This document shows positions 33,134 through 43,614 of a stretch of 64,000 nucleotides of DNA, one piece after another. Each line of letters starts with the position of its first letter. The stretch's first letter is position 1. A program made the translations under genes and the position numbers. The notes beneath the pieces were generated by a model, which was given only the letters and a program-made list of their open reading frames with translations, made no database searches and had not been told where the DNA came from. The DNA lies in the NCBI GenBank assembly GCA_946965045.2, contig OX337236.1, positions 2,604,001-2,668,000 of the forward strand, read 5' to 3'. The stretch is from Epithemia pelagica (lineage: Eukaryota; Protista; Bacillariophyta).

Positions 33134-34206
33134 GGTGGCGACCAGGGACTCCGACAGTACCGGTATGGGTTGGAATAAGGTCTCAGTTCTATGTTAATGC
33201 TGTATCTCCAAGTCTCTTCTTTTCGTTTGTTTTTTCGCCTCGCGTTGCGGGGAGTTGGGGTCGGTTGTCGTGTGTGTAACCTTACGAGCACACTTACTTG
33301 TACTCCTTTTTGTTTTATCGCTTTTATCGATATAGTCGTCTTTGGATTTGGACTTCCGAGTAGAATACCAATACCGAGAAGTAGAAGTGCTTATCTGTTA
33401 AGGTACACAATACTCGTATACAAGTTATGGTAAGACAATTGCCCATGAAATTTAGCGAGCAAGCATGATTTTCTTTTAAGGACTACACGAGGCCAAGGCC
33501 AAACGTCTACGGTTATTGAAACAAGAAAAAGAACAAGCCCAACGTCCACGATGAGTCGAGTCGAGCACTCCCTCCAGAGGCCATGTGACCTTTATCCAAC
33601 CGACTAAACACCAGCTGTCCTTTGTTAGAGAGGAATGGGTCATTTGGATCCACGCTGGTTGTAAATGTTGCTTGACGCGGGTTCTGTACATCATGGTATA
33701 CGCCCGACACATGGAGGAAGAGTCGTGTTGGATAAGTTTGTCAAGACGAAATTGAAAGAACATTGGCTGTCTTTTACTCCTTCAAAACTCTTCCTTCCAG
33801 GTAAACTTAGAAGCGTCTAATCGTACTCCCACGTTATTGGCCATTGCCTCCTTTTCCTAATCCTATTCTCTAGTGGCACTAGAGAGAGAGAGACAGAGAG
33901 TAGGGTAGAGCTCCTAGCTTTTTCGGAGTCTATCCGTCGCCAGGCAAGGATGACGACATTGATACGACTCCTTCGACCAATGGGGTGGCGCATTCTACGT
34001 GACACAGTCCAAGACCGAAATCCTTCTCGAACGATACGGAACAACGATGGTAAACATACGACCGACATGACGAAATACTCAACAACATATCTCGATCTCA
34101 TACCATAACACAACCACCAAACCACAAGGAAAGCCAGCGAGAATAAGAGCTACGTCCCTTTCTGCTTTATCGAATCCACTTTTTCAAACAAAACAACTTG
34201 AAGAAA

Positions 34207-35019
34207 ATGTCCAACACGTCGTCGTCCAACTATTATCGTTGCGTGCATGCCCTTCTCATCGACCGAATTCCTGAATTGAATTCTTCGTTTACTCCGACAC
34301 CAATGGCGTACGATCGATGGCGCTTGCCCCACGAAACAGTCGACAATGGACAAGCGTGCTTTGTGCCACTGGGGGACGATGACCGTGGCTTGCCCGTGCT
34401 TGTGGAGGAACAAGATGCACAAACAGCGGACACTGTAAATACTCAAAACAAGAGCCGAACGAAAAAGTTTCCATCAGCACCACCACTCAAGATGGATTAT
34501 ATATATGTGGCCAAACCCACTAAATCCAAAGAAAAGTTGCAACCTGGATACTATCATATGCGAACAGAGGAAGCGCATAACGAAGTCTATCGGCGATTCT
34601 TGGCCTTGCCAAAACCCTCGCGACGTCCGAAACAAGCCTCGAAACAGCAACAACAACGTGGGCGCACCAAATCCAAGTCCATCGATGATGACGATGATAC
34701 TCAAAGCATTCGTACCACCACGACATCCATTTTCAGACCCGACGAAGACGAAGAATCCATTGTTTTGGAAGCAGACAACAGCGACAAAAAGAGCAGCAAC
34801 GCGGAAAGCGATTATCATATCAATGAATTATATTATTACAAAGAAGCAAAGAGAATCTTGTACAATCGCACATGGACGGAAGAACCGGACGATGTCCTGG
34901 CACAACGCATGGCCCTACTAAATTCCCAAAGTCAAGGATCGGCAACAAAGAAATGGACACATGCCACGTACATGCCTGTAATAGTTGGTTCTGTTCTCGT
35001 ATCCTTGGGTGGGCGTTAA
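34207..35019 (+). CDS. Hypothetical protein (about 270 aa)
   Basis: Long ORF with protein-like composition (CFVPLGDDD..., YYYKEAKRILY...W). First ATG at 34207. No family recognised. Confidence 0.65.
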   Translation: MSNTSSSNYYRCVHALLIDRIPELNSSFTPTPMAYDRWRLPHETVDNGQACFVPLGDDDRGLPVLVEEQDAQTADTVNTQNKSRTKKFPSAPPLKMDYIYVAKPTKSKEKLQPGYYHMRTEEAHNEVYRRFLALPKPSRRPKQASKQQQQRGRTKSKSIDDDDDTQSIRTTTTSIFRPDEDEESIVLEADNSDKKSSNAESDYHINELYYYKEAKRILYNRTWTEEPDDVLAQRMALLNSQSQGSATKKWTHATYMPVIVGSVLVSLGGR

Positions 35020-35397
35020 CCGTTTACAAATGAGGACAGAACCAACAATATATCGGTCACTGATGGACTACTGGTGGTCGTCAAGAAGTTTTGAACCAAA
35101 ATTCTTGTACACCTTTCCCTGTAAATTAAATAGTGGACGATTTACTCTAGATTGTATCGTTGTTGAGCATATATAGGATTGTTGGTCAAAGTAAAACTTG
35201 TTTTGAGAGTTTGTCTCTGTGCCAGTCGTGGAGTTTTGAGGCCATTCTACGTGGGTTCGTTCGATGCATACTATTCGGAAAATGTTGCAAGCACGCATTC
35301 AATGGAGCCTTGGGTCTTGGGTCAATGCATCCATTCATGGATCCAAAGGTTGTCCATTGCTCCTCCATCTCTTGTCCGTATCCACGTCCTCCTAATT

Positions 35398-35439
35398 CCT
35401 AATACTTCTAGTTCTAGACCTAATACTTCTAGTTCTAGA
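35398..35439. repeat. 21-bp perfect tandem duplication CCTAATACTTCTAGTTCTAGA x2
   Basis: Directly visible. Confidence 0.9.
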
Positions 35440-35771
35440 GGACAAGGAAAAGTCTACCTTCCTGCAGACGATACGCGGTGGCAGTAGATGAGTCCCGCAA
35501 AGTCATTTTTTTAGACCACCACGTCAGACTTGGAGTCACACCTCCGACACAAGTGGTCAAGACCATGACCAAGATGAGAGGTGCGGAAGGCGACAACGCA
35601 CAACACGGACAATGAGGTGAGCAAACGACCAGACGACCAGATCCGAACCTCTTCCACTTCCACTTCGATCAGACAACCGAAGGGAACTGTTCCTTCATGA
35701 ATCGGCTGTAAACAAAGACAACGACTGGCTAAGCAGGAGAAAATACCAACAACGAAACCTGCAACAAGAGG

Positions 35772-36731
35772 ATGATTGCACCAGGTCCAGCTTCCAGTTT
35801 GCACTTGACCAGATCCGTATTTGTGAGAAGGTCACAGTGCTCGTCGTCTTCTTTGTCACACACTGTTGTTCGTCGTGCATCTCGGTGCCAGAATCCCTAC
35901 ACCTGGGAGAACAATGGCCGCCGATTGTTTGCCACTACAACCTCCACTTCCACTTATCAAAGTGCACACCCCGAAAAGTCATGGTGGATTCGTTTCATGG
36001 AATGGTATTCTCATCAGCTGGATGTCAATCCCATCCCAACCAAATGCATTACGTGTGGTTTGATTGCCGGAACCGGAGACTTTATGTGTCAATCACTCAC
36101 GGCACCATCCGACAGAGACAACGAGAGCGTACATGACAGGAGGATTAACACGGAATCACCACTTTCATTGTTCTCCTGGTGGGATCCTCTTCGAACGGCG
36201 CGCTTTGTGTGTGTCGGTATCGTCTACGTTGGACCAACCACTCATGTTTGGTTCAACTGGCTGGCCCGAACCTTTCCTGGTTCCCATCCCGCCCAAGTCG
36301 CTAAACGGGTTGTGATTGACCAAGCCCTTTTCTCGCCCGTATTCATGGCAGTATGGTTGCCGGTTATGTGGACCTTGGAATCCTTTTCAGAATCCATTCA
36401 GGGCAAAAGAACAGCTCCTGAATCGTCTCCCATTTCCATCTCGTTGTTTGCCAAACGCTTGCAACAAGAATTATTTCCTGTCGTTGTCGCCAATTGGATA
36501 CTGTGGATTCCAGCTCAGGCCATCAATTTTCGCTTTGTACCCATCAAATTTCAAGTTTTGTTTAGCAATGTTGTGGATCTACTGTGGAATGCCTATTTGA
36601 GCTTTTACAATTCATCGTCGCAACAAGAAGCAAAAGATGACATGACTAATGATCAGGACATACGCACGACACAAGCTCTGACAACAGGTGACTCTCGTCC
36701 CCTTATGGTTCGCAACGAAGCTGCCACATGA
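35772..36731 (+). CDS. Mpv17/PMP22 family membrane protein with a probable mitochondrial transit peptide
   Basis: WYSHQLDVNPIPTKCITCGLIAGTGDFMCQ, DPLRTARF, P..HVWFNWL, KRVVIDQALFSP, NWILWIPAQAINFRFVP..FQVLFSNVV.LLWNAYLS. R/S-rich N-terminus. Confidence 0.9.
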   Translation: MIAPGPASSLHLTRSVFVRRSQCSSSSLSHTVVRRASRCQNPYTWENNGRRLFATTTSTSTYQSAHPEKSWWIRFMEWYSHQLDVNPIPTKCITCGLIAGTGDFMCQSLTAPSDRDNESVHDRRINTESPLSLFSWWDPLRTARFVCVGIVYVGPTTHVWFNWLARTFPGSHPAQVAKRVVIDQALFSPVFMAVWLPVMWTLESFSESIQGKRTAPESSPISISLFAKRLQQELFPVVVANWILWIPAQAINFRFVPIKFQVLFSNVVDLLWNAYLSFYNSSSQQEAKDDMTNDQDIRTTQALTTGDSRPLMVRNEAAT

Positions 36732-37234
36732 CTTGGAATTAAGCTACCATACAACTATATGACGATGTTGATTGGTCTAGGACAAGTAGGGAGGAAGAAG
36801 GCTTTGGGCCAAGTCGCATGGGATGCTATGGATGCTTCCTCTACTAGGAGTACCATTTGCAGGGGTCGCTAGGTTTGGCCATCTCTAGTATCTCTAGGGT
36901 AGGCCAACCTTTTCACAGGCACGACCAAGTCGGGCTATAAAAGCTTCCTGACACGCCGGGGGACCCATTCATCGCTACTTCTCTCCTCAATCAGTCCACT
37001 TGTCGTGCAATCTTTCTTCGGGGTTCGGCCAAAGTAAGTGAGTGCATCGAAACCCAGGTTCTGCTGCTGTCTTGGCAACAGAGAAGACCGCAACCCACAG
37101 CGCGAAGAGAGAATCTTTTTTTGGACACTATCTATAAAAACATTGAACAACGCAAGATTGCAAATCGCTGCACTCTGCGGTCATTCACAGTCACCAATAC
37201 ACACCGTCTATCTGTAACTCAAACGTCCGATTCC

Positions 37235-40200
37235 ATGACGTTGACGGTCGTTGTGGGGAGTTCCGGTTCGGGGAAAACGACATTTCTCAATGATCTCTAC
37301 CAAAAACGTACTCGATTCAGCAATGCCCACAACAAGGACCATCATGGCGTTTCAAAGCAAATGATTTATATTCGGCAATTTCATAATCTGCGACCTTACC
37401 TGGTCGTTTCTCAAATCCCCAATTTCGATCCAACTCAGCTGCCCTATTGGAACATTTATGTGGATGAGGAAAAAGATTTGACCATTCAAGTAGGAGGAAC
37501 GCTGGCAGGAGAATACACAGCTGGTTTATCCGGTGGTCAACGAAAACTCTTCTTGTTCGAATTGATTTGCCAACGAACAAGGGATCAATCCAATTTGTTG
37601 ATTGCCTTGGACGAACCTTTTCTGGGCGTCACGACCGACTTTGTGCCCTTTTTGATCAAACGCTTGGTCGGACTAAGCAAGCAGCACAATGTGGTTTTGG
37701 TAACCAATGACAATGTGGCGGAACTGACTGGAATTGCGGACAATGTAATTCAAATTTCTACGTTGGATCGTTCCATTGTCCACATTATCAAGAACAACAA
37801 GGAGCAACCGAAAAAGGAGAACGAAGAGGAGGAAAGTCAGGTCATTGTGGCAGAGCGTGAACTAGTACTCTTTGTCCTTTCGTCAAGTCAAGGAGAAGCC
37901 TTTCAAATGGGAATGTCCAACCACGAAGATTTTATGTTTTCTGTCAAAACAATTCTCAATAGTCAAGCCTTGATTGTCTGCGCTGTGTTGTCGGCCTTGT
38001 CATTCGGGATTATTCTGGTCACCTTTTGGAATTCACAACCTGACTTGGCTGCCTTGGTATTGATTGCGAGTGGTCTGATTAGCTTGCTGGTGATCACGCC
38101 CTATATCCTGTCCCTTGTGGATTGGCGAATAGCTATGGAAGAAGAAGCCGAGGCCTTGATCCATTCTTCCAAGACCATGAACTGAATTCTCAAGGCCGCG
38201 TTGACAGTATCTGTTGTTGTTCTGGTTTCCCTTACGCAGTTTGGCGTGGTCAATGCTGTGGTAGATGGATTGTCTAGTATCGACAATTTGATTGGGATGC
38301 TCAGCGATAGTTTTTCACTGACCATGGGAATATGGTTGGGCATTTTCACTGCTATGGATTTCGAATCAGTCCAGATTTATGGATGTATTCCCTTTGCCTT
38401 TTCGCTCTTTTTCAGTACCACGTATAGTCCAGGATCCGGCTTGGCCGTTTTGAAGGAACTTCGATTTTTGTGCACGCGCTTCTTCTTTTGGTTTCTTGTC
38501 CCAGGCGTTCAAGATACTATGGAAGGATGCCCCAACACTAAGAACAAGGCAGTTTTGTTTATGATTCTAACATCCATGATCGGGGTGGGTCTCCTTCTGG
38601 TGTGGAAGACTCTCTCCTCGTGGAGACAAAAGAGATACTACCAGAAACATGTTCAAGCCAGACGGGAAACCATCAAGATGGATCCAAGATTCATCCAGTT
38701 GCAAAGAATTTTGTTAAAGTCAGGATCATGGCTTTCGAAGCAGGTCAGTCAGCTGACAGACGAAACAGGGATTTCAATTTCAACAGATATAATTCCTTCA
38801 ACATTTACCACGGATAGGGAGGCTGCAGCAGACTTACGTGACAAAATTGACGAGGAGTATTCGTTTTCTACGGTTCCGAACACCGACAGAGCATTGCCAA
38901 TATCCGCGGGTTCCACGTATGTGCGTGATGGTGACGGTCCCAACTTTTTGACGGTAGTTGTCGGCAGCTCAGGTTCTGGGAAGACGACATTCCTCAATGA
39001 CTTGTACCATGAGCACAAATGTATTTATATTCGACAGTTCCACTCCATGCGACCATACATTCCAGTAACGAAAATTCCCAACTTCGATCCTGCCCAGTTG
39101 CCCTTCTGGAATACTTACGTCGAAGAAGGCACGGCGTCCACCATTCGGGTGGGCGGTACCATGGCAGGTGAATTCACGGCTGGCTTATCCGGGGGACAAC
39201 GAAAGCTGCTGTTGTTTGAGCTTATCTATCAGCGGACGGCAAATCAGTGCGGTTTGTTAATTCTCATGGACGAACCCTTTGCAGGAGTTACCGATGACTT
39301 TGTCGAGTTCATTGTCGGACGGATTGAAAGGATGAGCAAGCAGCACAACGTCGTTGTCGTTACGAATGATCACATACATGTCTTGACAAAAATGGCACGC
39401 AATACGATCTCCGTCTCTGCTGTTGATCGTTCCGTTGTCACGGTAAATGAGATGGAGCAAGTGAACCGACAATCGGTTTTATTGACACTGACAAAAGGCG
39501 ACGATTTTGTAGTTCAGTCGACCAATGAAGACTTCAAGTTATTTTTGGATGTTGAAATTCTGTCCAACCGGTCTCTATTGTCAGTCTGTATAGTGTCTGT
39601 CTTGTACATGGCCCTTTTCATTGTGACTTTCTGGAATTCAGAAACAAATTTGTCAGCGCTGGTTTTGATTGCGGCAACTCTGGTGTCAATCATTTCTATT
39701 AATCCTTATCTCGCGTCCCTGGTAGCGTGGCGAAACGCCATGATCGACGAAACTGAAGCTTTGATGCATTTTTCAAAACACATGAATGGAGGACTCAAAG
39801 TATCTTTGACACTCCTCCTTGTTTTAATCATCTCCTTGGCTGAATTTGGCGTCGTCAACGCGGTTCTGAAGGATGGCGTGAAAGATATCGGCATTTGTGT
39901 CGGGATCATTACGGATCTGCTCTCGATCACACTTCTGCTCATCGTACTTGCAGTCTTTACAAATTGGCAATTTCAAATGGTACAGATCTTTGGTGGGTTG
40001 CCCAATCTATTCATGATCTTTTTCAGTAGCACGTTCAGTCCGGCCTCTGGCTTTGAGGGAGTCAAGGAGTTGCGCTACCTCTTTCCACGATTTTACCTTT
40101 GGTGCATTCTCCCAGGAGTTCAACATTTTATGGAGGGATGTCCTTCCAATTCACAATGGAGTCTTTTGTACATGATCATGACCGCGTTCCTTGGTGTGTT

Positions 40201-40402
40201 TGTCTATCTTTCTTGTCGCTTTTTGGTTCTCTTGCAGCGCCACTGTGGGTGCAAGTGGCACGTCCATAATAAGCCACCAAGTCGAGGTAAGGAAATTCAA
40301 GAGAAGTCGGAACAAGAGTTGAGCTCTTTGCGAGGCTTATTCTATCGAGACCAATCACAGCGGCAGGAAATACCATCCGATCGACGAACAAGTTGTCAAT
40401 AG
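37235..40402 (+). CDS. Compact (NBD-TMD)x2 ABC-transporter-like protein, about 1055 codons, split by one in-frame TGA (38183-38185); possible pseudogene allele
   Basis: Both units have Walker A GSSGSGKTT, signature LSGGQ, Walker B (LDEPF, MDEPF) and multi-TM regions. The 37121 and 38201 ORFs are in the same frame (SKTMN*ILKAAL aligns with SKHMNGGLKVSL). Confidence 0.8.
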
Positions 40403-40716
40403 GTGAAACTCTCCATACATAGGTGTACCTTCTTAGATTCAATGTTTTGCTTCACCGAGAGTCAACGTCTTTCTAGATTGGAATATGGACGTGCTGTCGT
40501 CATAAGCGGTTCGGAAGACCCAATCCAGACAGTAGTTGTAGGCCAGTAGTCGTCGGTCGTCGGGGTGTATTGAATACAAACAGCGAAAATAGGAACGAGA
40601 CCGATCGTCCGTGTAGTCTTGAAAAGGCGAAGAGATAACCGAGGTCCCATAACATGTGGTTTGTTTGGTTTCGACTAGGAATCTCTCTCGCGTTCGCTTG
40701 CCCGTCTCGTGTTATA

Positions 40717-43614
40717 TTATTCCATTCGTTTGTGCCATCCGGTTCGGGTCCGTTCATGGCGTCGCCAGAAATGAGCCACTGTCAGGACCACCAGGGTTAC
40801 CAGGACAAGTCCCAAGGCCAATTGTCCCAACACATGCCACACGGTCATGTCGTCATTGAAACTCGTCCAATCATCGTCCTCCTCCTCCTGTTTGGGGACA
40901 TTGTGAGTGGCAAACCACAGGGGAGAATCCTTCATGGCAGTAGTCATCATTTTTCGTCGTCGGGCATCCATCTCGAACAAGGATGCTTGGTTGTTGTTCT
41001 TGTTGTTGTCCTGACGGACCGTTGGTCGCAACATGGACCGTCGGGTGGATGAGACTGCGAGTGTGGTTGTCGTATTGGGTTGGATGCTCGTTGTCGTTGT
41101 TGACCAGTACTGGTAGTGCAAATACCGATAGACGAGATCTGGATTCCACGCAATCACTTGGTCGGCTTGCCAGTTCCAACAGGCGGGACATTCCGGATAA
41201 TTGGGCCATGTCACTTGTCGCAATTGCAACTCCGTTGCCCCAACGACGTCGACTGCTTCCTTGGTCTCGCCTTGGAGTTGTTCATTTTGGTGTTCGCGAA
41301 GGGCTCGTTCTTGTCGGAGGCGTCGATTGACGGCATTGTGGGTTTCCCACAACCAGAGTGGCAATTCCTGCCAGGACTGAATCCATTCCCCTCGAAGCTT
41401 TTCTGTACCTTGATTGTAGTCGTGGACCAAATCCACCGTGGTGGCCAATCGATTGCATCGATCGAATCGACAGGCATCGTAGGCTGTGACAAAATTGTAC
41501 CGACATTCGTTGCATCCAAAAAAGGAATGGACAAAATTCCGTAAGGTATCCGCGGCATGTCCCGGTGCAATGATCAATTCGGGATGAGGGAGTGGCCAAC
41601 GTCCACGAGCATCACCATCTTCTTCGAGAGTCGAATCCAAGGTCATTGTATTCCATTCCACCACACCGACTGTCATGAAATGAAACAATTCCCATAATCC
41701 ACAGGTATATCCAGTTCCACCACCACGTCGACAGGCAGCCGTCCATCTAAATTTGCGATGCGCTTTCTTTTTTCGCTTCTTTTTCTTGTGGTTGTTGGGT
41801 GATAGCAGTGGATTGGACTGGTTCGCCGTGGTTGCCATGGTGGTGTTTGTCACATTGGAGATCTCGTCCTCATCCTCTTCTTCATGTTCCATGTGCCCAT
41901 GTTGTGGTGGTGGTGGTACCAAAAAGGGTTGCAACAGAGTTTGCAAGGCTTGCTGCGATTGCCGGACGGTATCAAAGTGTTGCAACATTGTCGACACCAA
42001 GTGATGCATGGCCGACCAGGTGGGTGGAAAGGTTCGTCTCAGTACAATCAAGAAGGAATACAATCGATTCGCTGCCGTGTCACTGAGTTGGGGACCCCGT
42101 CGTTGTGGAATGTCCGTCATGTTGGTTTCACTGGTCGTCGTCGTGGTGTTACTGATGTTGTTGGTAGCGACAGTGGTGCTTGCACTGGTACGGTTGGTTT
42201 CCGTACTGTCGTGGTTCTGGATGTCGGTTTCAGTATGGTTGCTCCCACTAGTGTGATTGCTTGCAAGGTGATGGTCAATACCAGTTTCCGTGGCGGACCG
42301 CGTGTGAGTGTTGTTCTTGTCGTCGTCGTCGGCGGCGGCCGTGGCATTGGTTGTCGTGTCATTTACAGCAGTAGGAGGAACAATCAAAGAAGGATGAAGT
42401 TGCAAATTGTCGACATCGCTGTAAATACTGGTATACAAACAATACAAGAGCGATTCGTAGGCGTCGTGTTGGCGACCTTCCAAACTGTCGTCGTCGCCGT
42501 CCTGGTTATTGTTTTGGTGGTTGGTTTGGTGGTGGTGGGAGGAGGTGGTGGTTGGGAGTGGCAGTATGTCTCGAGTTTGTCGTCGATCCATAGATTTCCC
42601 AGTGGATTCTTGGTCTTGTTCGTTTGGAAATGACGACGACGACATGGCAAACAAGCTGACGAGATCCATGGCATGGAGTCGTTGATAGTCCAACTGAATC
42701 AATCCACCATCACTGGCTGCCGTCGAAAACGTGGTCGTCCATGTCGTTCCAGGCAACAAGGCTCGAACTTGGGGATAGCCATGAATGTGAAAATCGCGAC
42801 AAATGCTGGCATGGACATTGCAGGCCACGGCATGAAATTGAACGTGGGGAGCGTGGTCATGGACTTGTTGGGCAATTCGTTGGTAGTGCGATCGAAAATG
42901 TTGACAATGGGGACACCAGGCGGCATAAAATTCCACCACACGGGCTTGTTGGTGAGGTTCCAACACACTTGTCGTGGTCGTGGTCGTGGTCGTCGTGGTG
43001 TTGGTGGTGGTACGATTCCAGGGTCCATACAAAAAGGCGGGATGTCGAGCCTCGGGTCGACTCTGGTTGGCCATTCTTGTGGGTCGATAATCTTGAATGG
43101 GCCACCATTTCTGGTCATTGTTGTTGTGGGTTTCCTCCTCGTCCTTGTGCACACTGTACAAGTATTGGGAATCATCGTCCATCCAACCATCTTCCTCGTC
43201 GTCGTCGTCCTCTTCGTCCTCTTCTTGTTCTTGGTCGACCCGTTCTTGTGGTCGTTGCGTTTGATTTCCCACCGATTCGGGCGTGGTAGCATTGGTGGTG
43301 GAAGTGTTGTTGTTGTTGTTGGTAGTACTGGTGGTGGTAGTGGCATTGTGGGTGTCGGATGGACTCGGTTCCGTTTCGTCGTGCAAAGTTGTGTTGGTAA
43401 CCGGTGGTTCCAGGAACCTTATTGGGGTGGTGCTGGTAATGGTCGGATGGGTGGTGGTGGTGGTGTTTAGAATTCCGGTAGAGTCTTGAGTTTCTTCCAG
43501 CGCCATGGCCCCTCGTCCATCCTTATCACCACCACCAAGGAATACTATTACTAGAAGGGACCACAGGAACCACCGCACCCCAATCGTCGTAGACCACATT
43601 TGGGGTTTTCTCAT
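40717..43614 (-). CDS. QSOX: Quiescin-sulfhydryl oxidase (thioredoxin + Erv/ALR), membrane-anchored, with low-complexity T/N/H insertions
   Basis: Signal-like N-terminus. VVEFYAAWCPHC; GYTCGLWELFH; FFGCNECR; LWLWETHNAVN; WP..ECPACW; C-terminal TM helix and basic tail. Confidence 0.92.
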   Translation of the reverse strand: MRKPQMWSTTIGVRWFLWSLLVIVFLGGGDKDGRGAMALEETQDSTGILNTTTTTHPTITSTTPIRFLEPPVTNTTLHDETEPSPSDTHNATTTTSTTNNNNNTSTTNATTPESVGNQTQRPQERVDQEQEEDEEDDDDEEDGWMDDDSQYLYSVHKDEEETHNNNDQKWWPIQDYRPTRMANQSRPEARHPAFLYGPWNRTTTNTTTTTTTTTTSVLEPHQQARVVEFYAAWCPHCQHFRSHYQRIAQQVHDHAPHVQFHAVACNVHASICRDFHIHGYPQVRALLPGTTWTTTFSTAASDGGLIQLDYQRLHAMDLVSLFAMSSSSFPNEQDQESTGKSMDRRQTRDILPLPTTTSSHHHQTNHQNNNQDGDDDSLEGRQHDAYESLLYCLYTSIYSDVDNLQLHPSLIVPPTAVNDTTTNATAAADDDDKNNTHTRSATETGIDHHLASNHTSGSNHTETDIQNHDSTETNRTSASTTVATNNISNTTTTTSETNMTDIPQRRGPQLSDTAANRLYSFLIVLRRTFPPTWSAMHHLVSTMLQHFDTVRQSQQALQTLLQPFLVPPPPQHGHMEHEEEDEDEISNVTNTTMATTANQSNPLLSPNNHKKKKRKKKAHRKFRWTAACRRGGGTGYTCGLWELFHFMTVGVVEWNTMTLDSTLEEDGDARGRWPLPHPELIIAPGHAADTLRNFVHSFFGCNECRYNFVTAYDACRFDRCNRLATTVDLVHDYNQGTEKLRGEWIQSWQELPLWLWETHNAVNRRLRQERALREHQNEQLQGETKEAVDVVGATELQLRQVTWPNYPECPACWNWQADQVIAWNPDLVYRYLHYQYWSTTTTSIQPNTTTTLAVSSTRRSMLRPTVRQDNNKNNNQASLFEMDARRRKMMTTAMKDSPLWFATHNVPKQEEEDDDWTSFNDDMTVWHVLGQLALGLVLVTLVVLTVAHFWRRHERTRTGWHKRME

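Larger units (their letters stand above)
19226..33300 (-). mobile_element. Non-LTR retrotransposon, CRE-like / RLE-endonuclease type, two ORFs, interrupted by an LTR element at 20252-27008
   Basis: A9 tail at 19226-19234 (T run on +). ORF2 has C2H2 fingers, RT, a CxC..DxxGDH..C knuckle and an RPAD..D..K endonuclease. The coding strand is strongly C/A-rich. The 5' boundary is approximate and no clear TSD was found. Confidence 0.85.

Noticed and set aside
29941-33279. Many G/V/W-rich plus-strand ORFs and alternative P/T/H-rich minus-strand frames
   Set aside because: Products of extreme strand compositional skew, which makes stop codons rare.
33298-33478. Candidate TSD copies for the non-LTR element (TTGTA at 33298; CAAGCATGATTTTCTTTT near 33460)
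   Set aside because: Too short or too degenerate relative to the left flank CAAGATGCTTTGTA, so the 5' end remains undefined.
9165-33690. Similar 30-mer at 9165-9193 and 33661-33690 (25/30 columns; both translate NPRQATFT)
   Set aside because: The similarity does not extend, and my rough estimate is that one such match in 64 kb is borderline chance. It would need genome-wide motif enrichment to be revived.
38183-38185. Selenocysteine reading of the ABC in-frame TGA
   Set aside because: It aligns with Gly/Arg rather than Cys, and I saw no SECIS-like structure.
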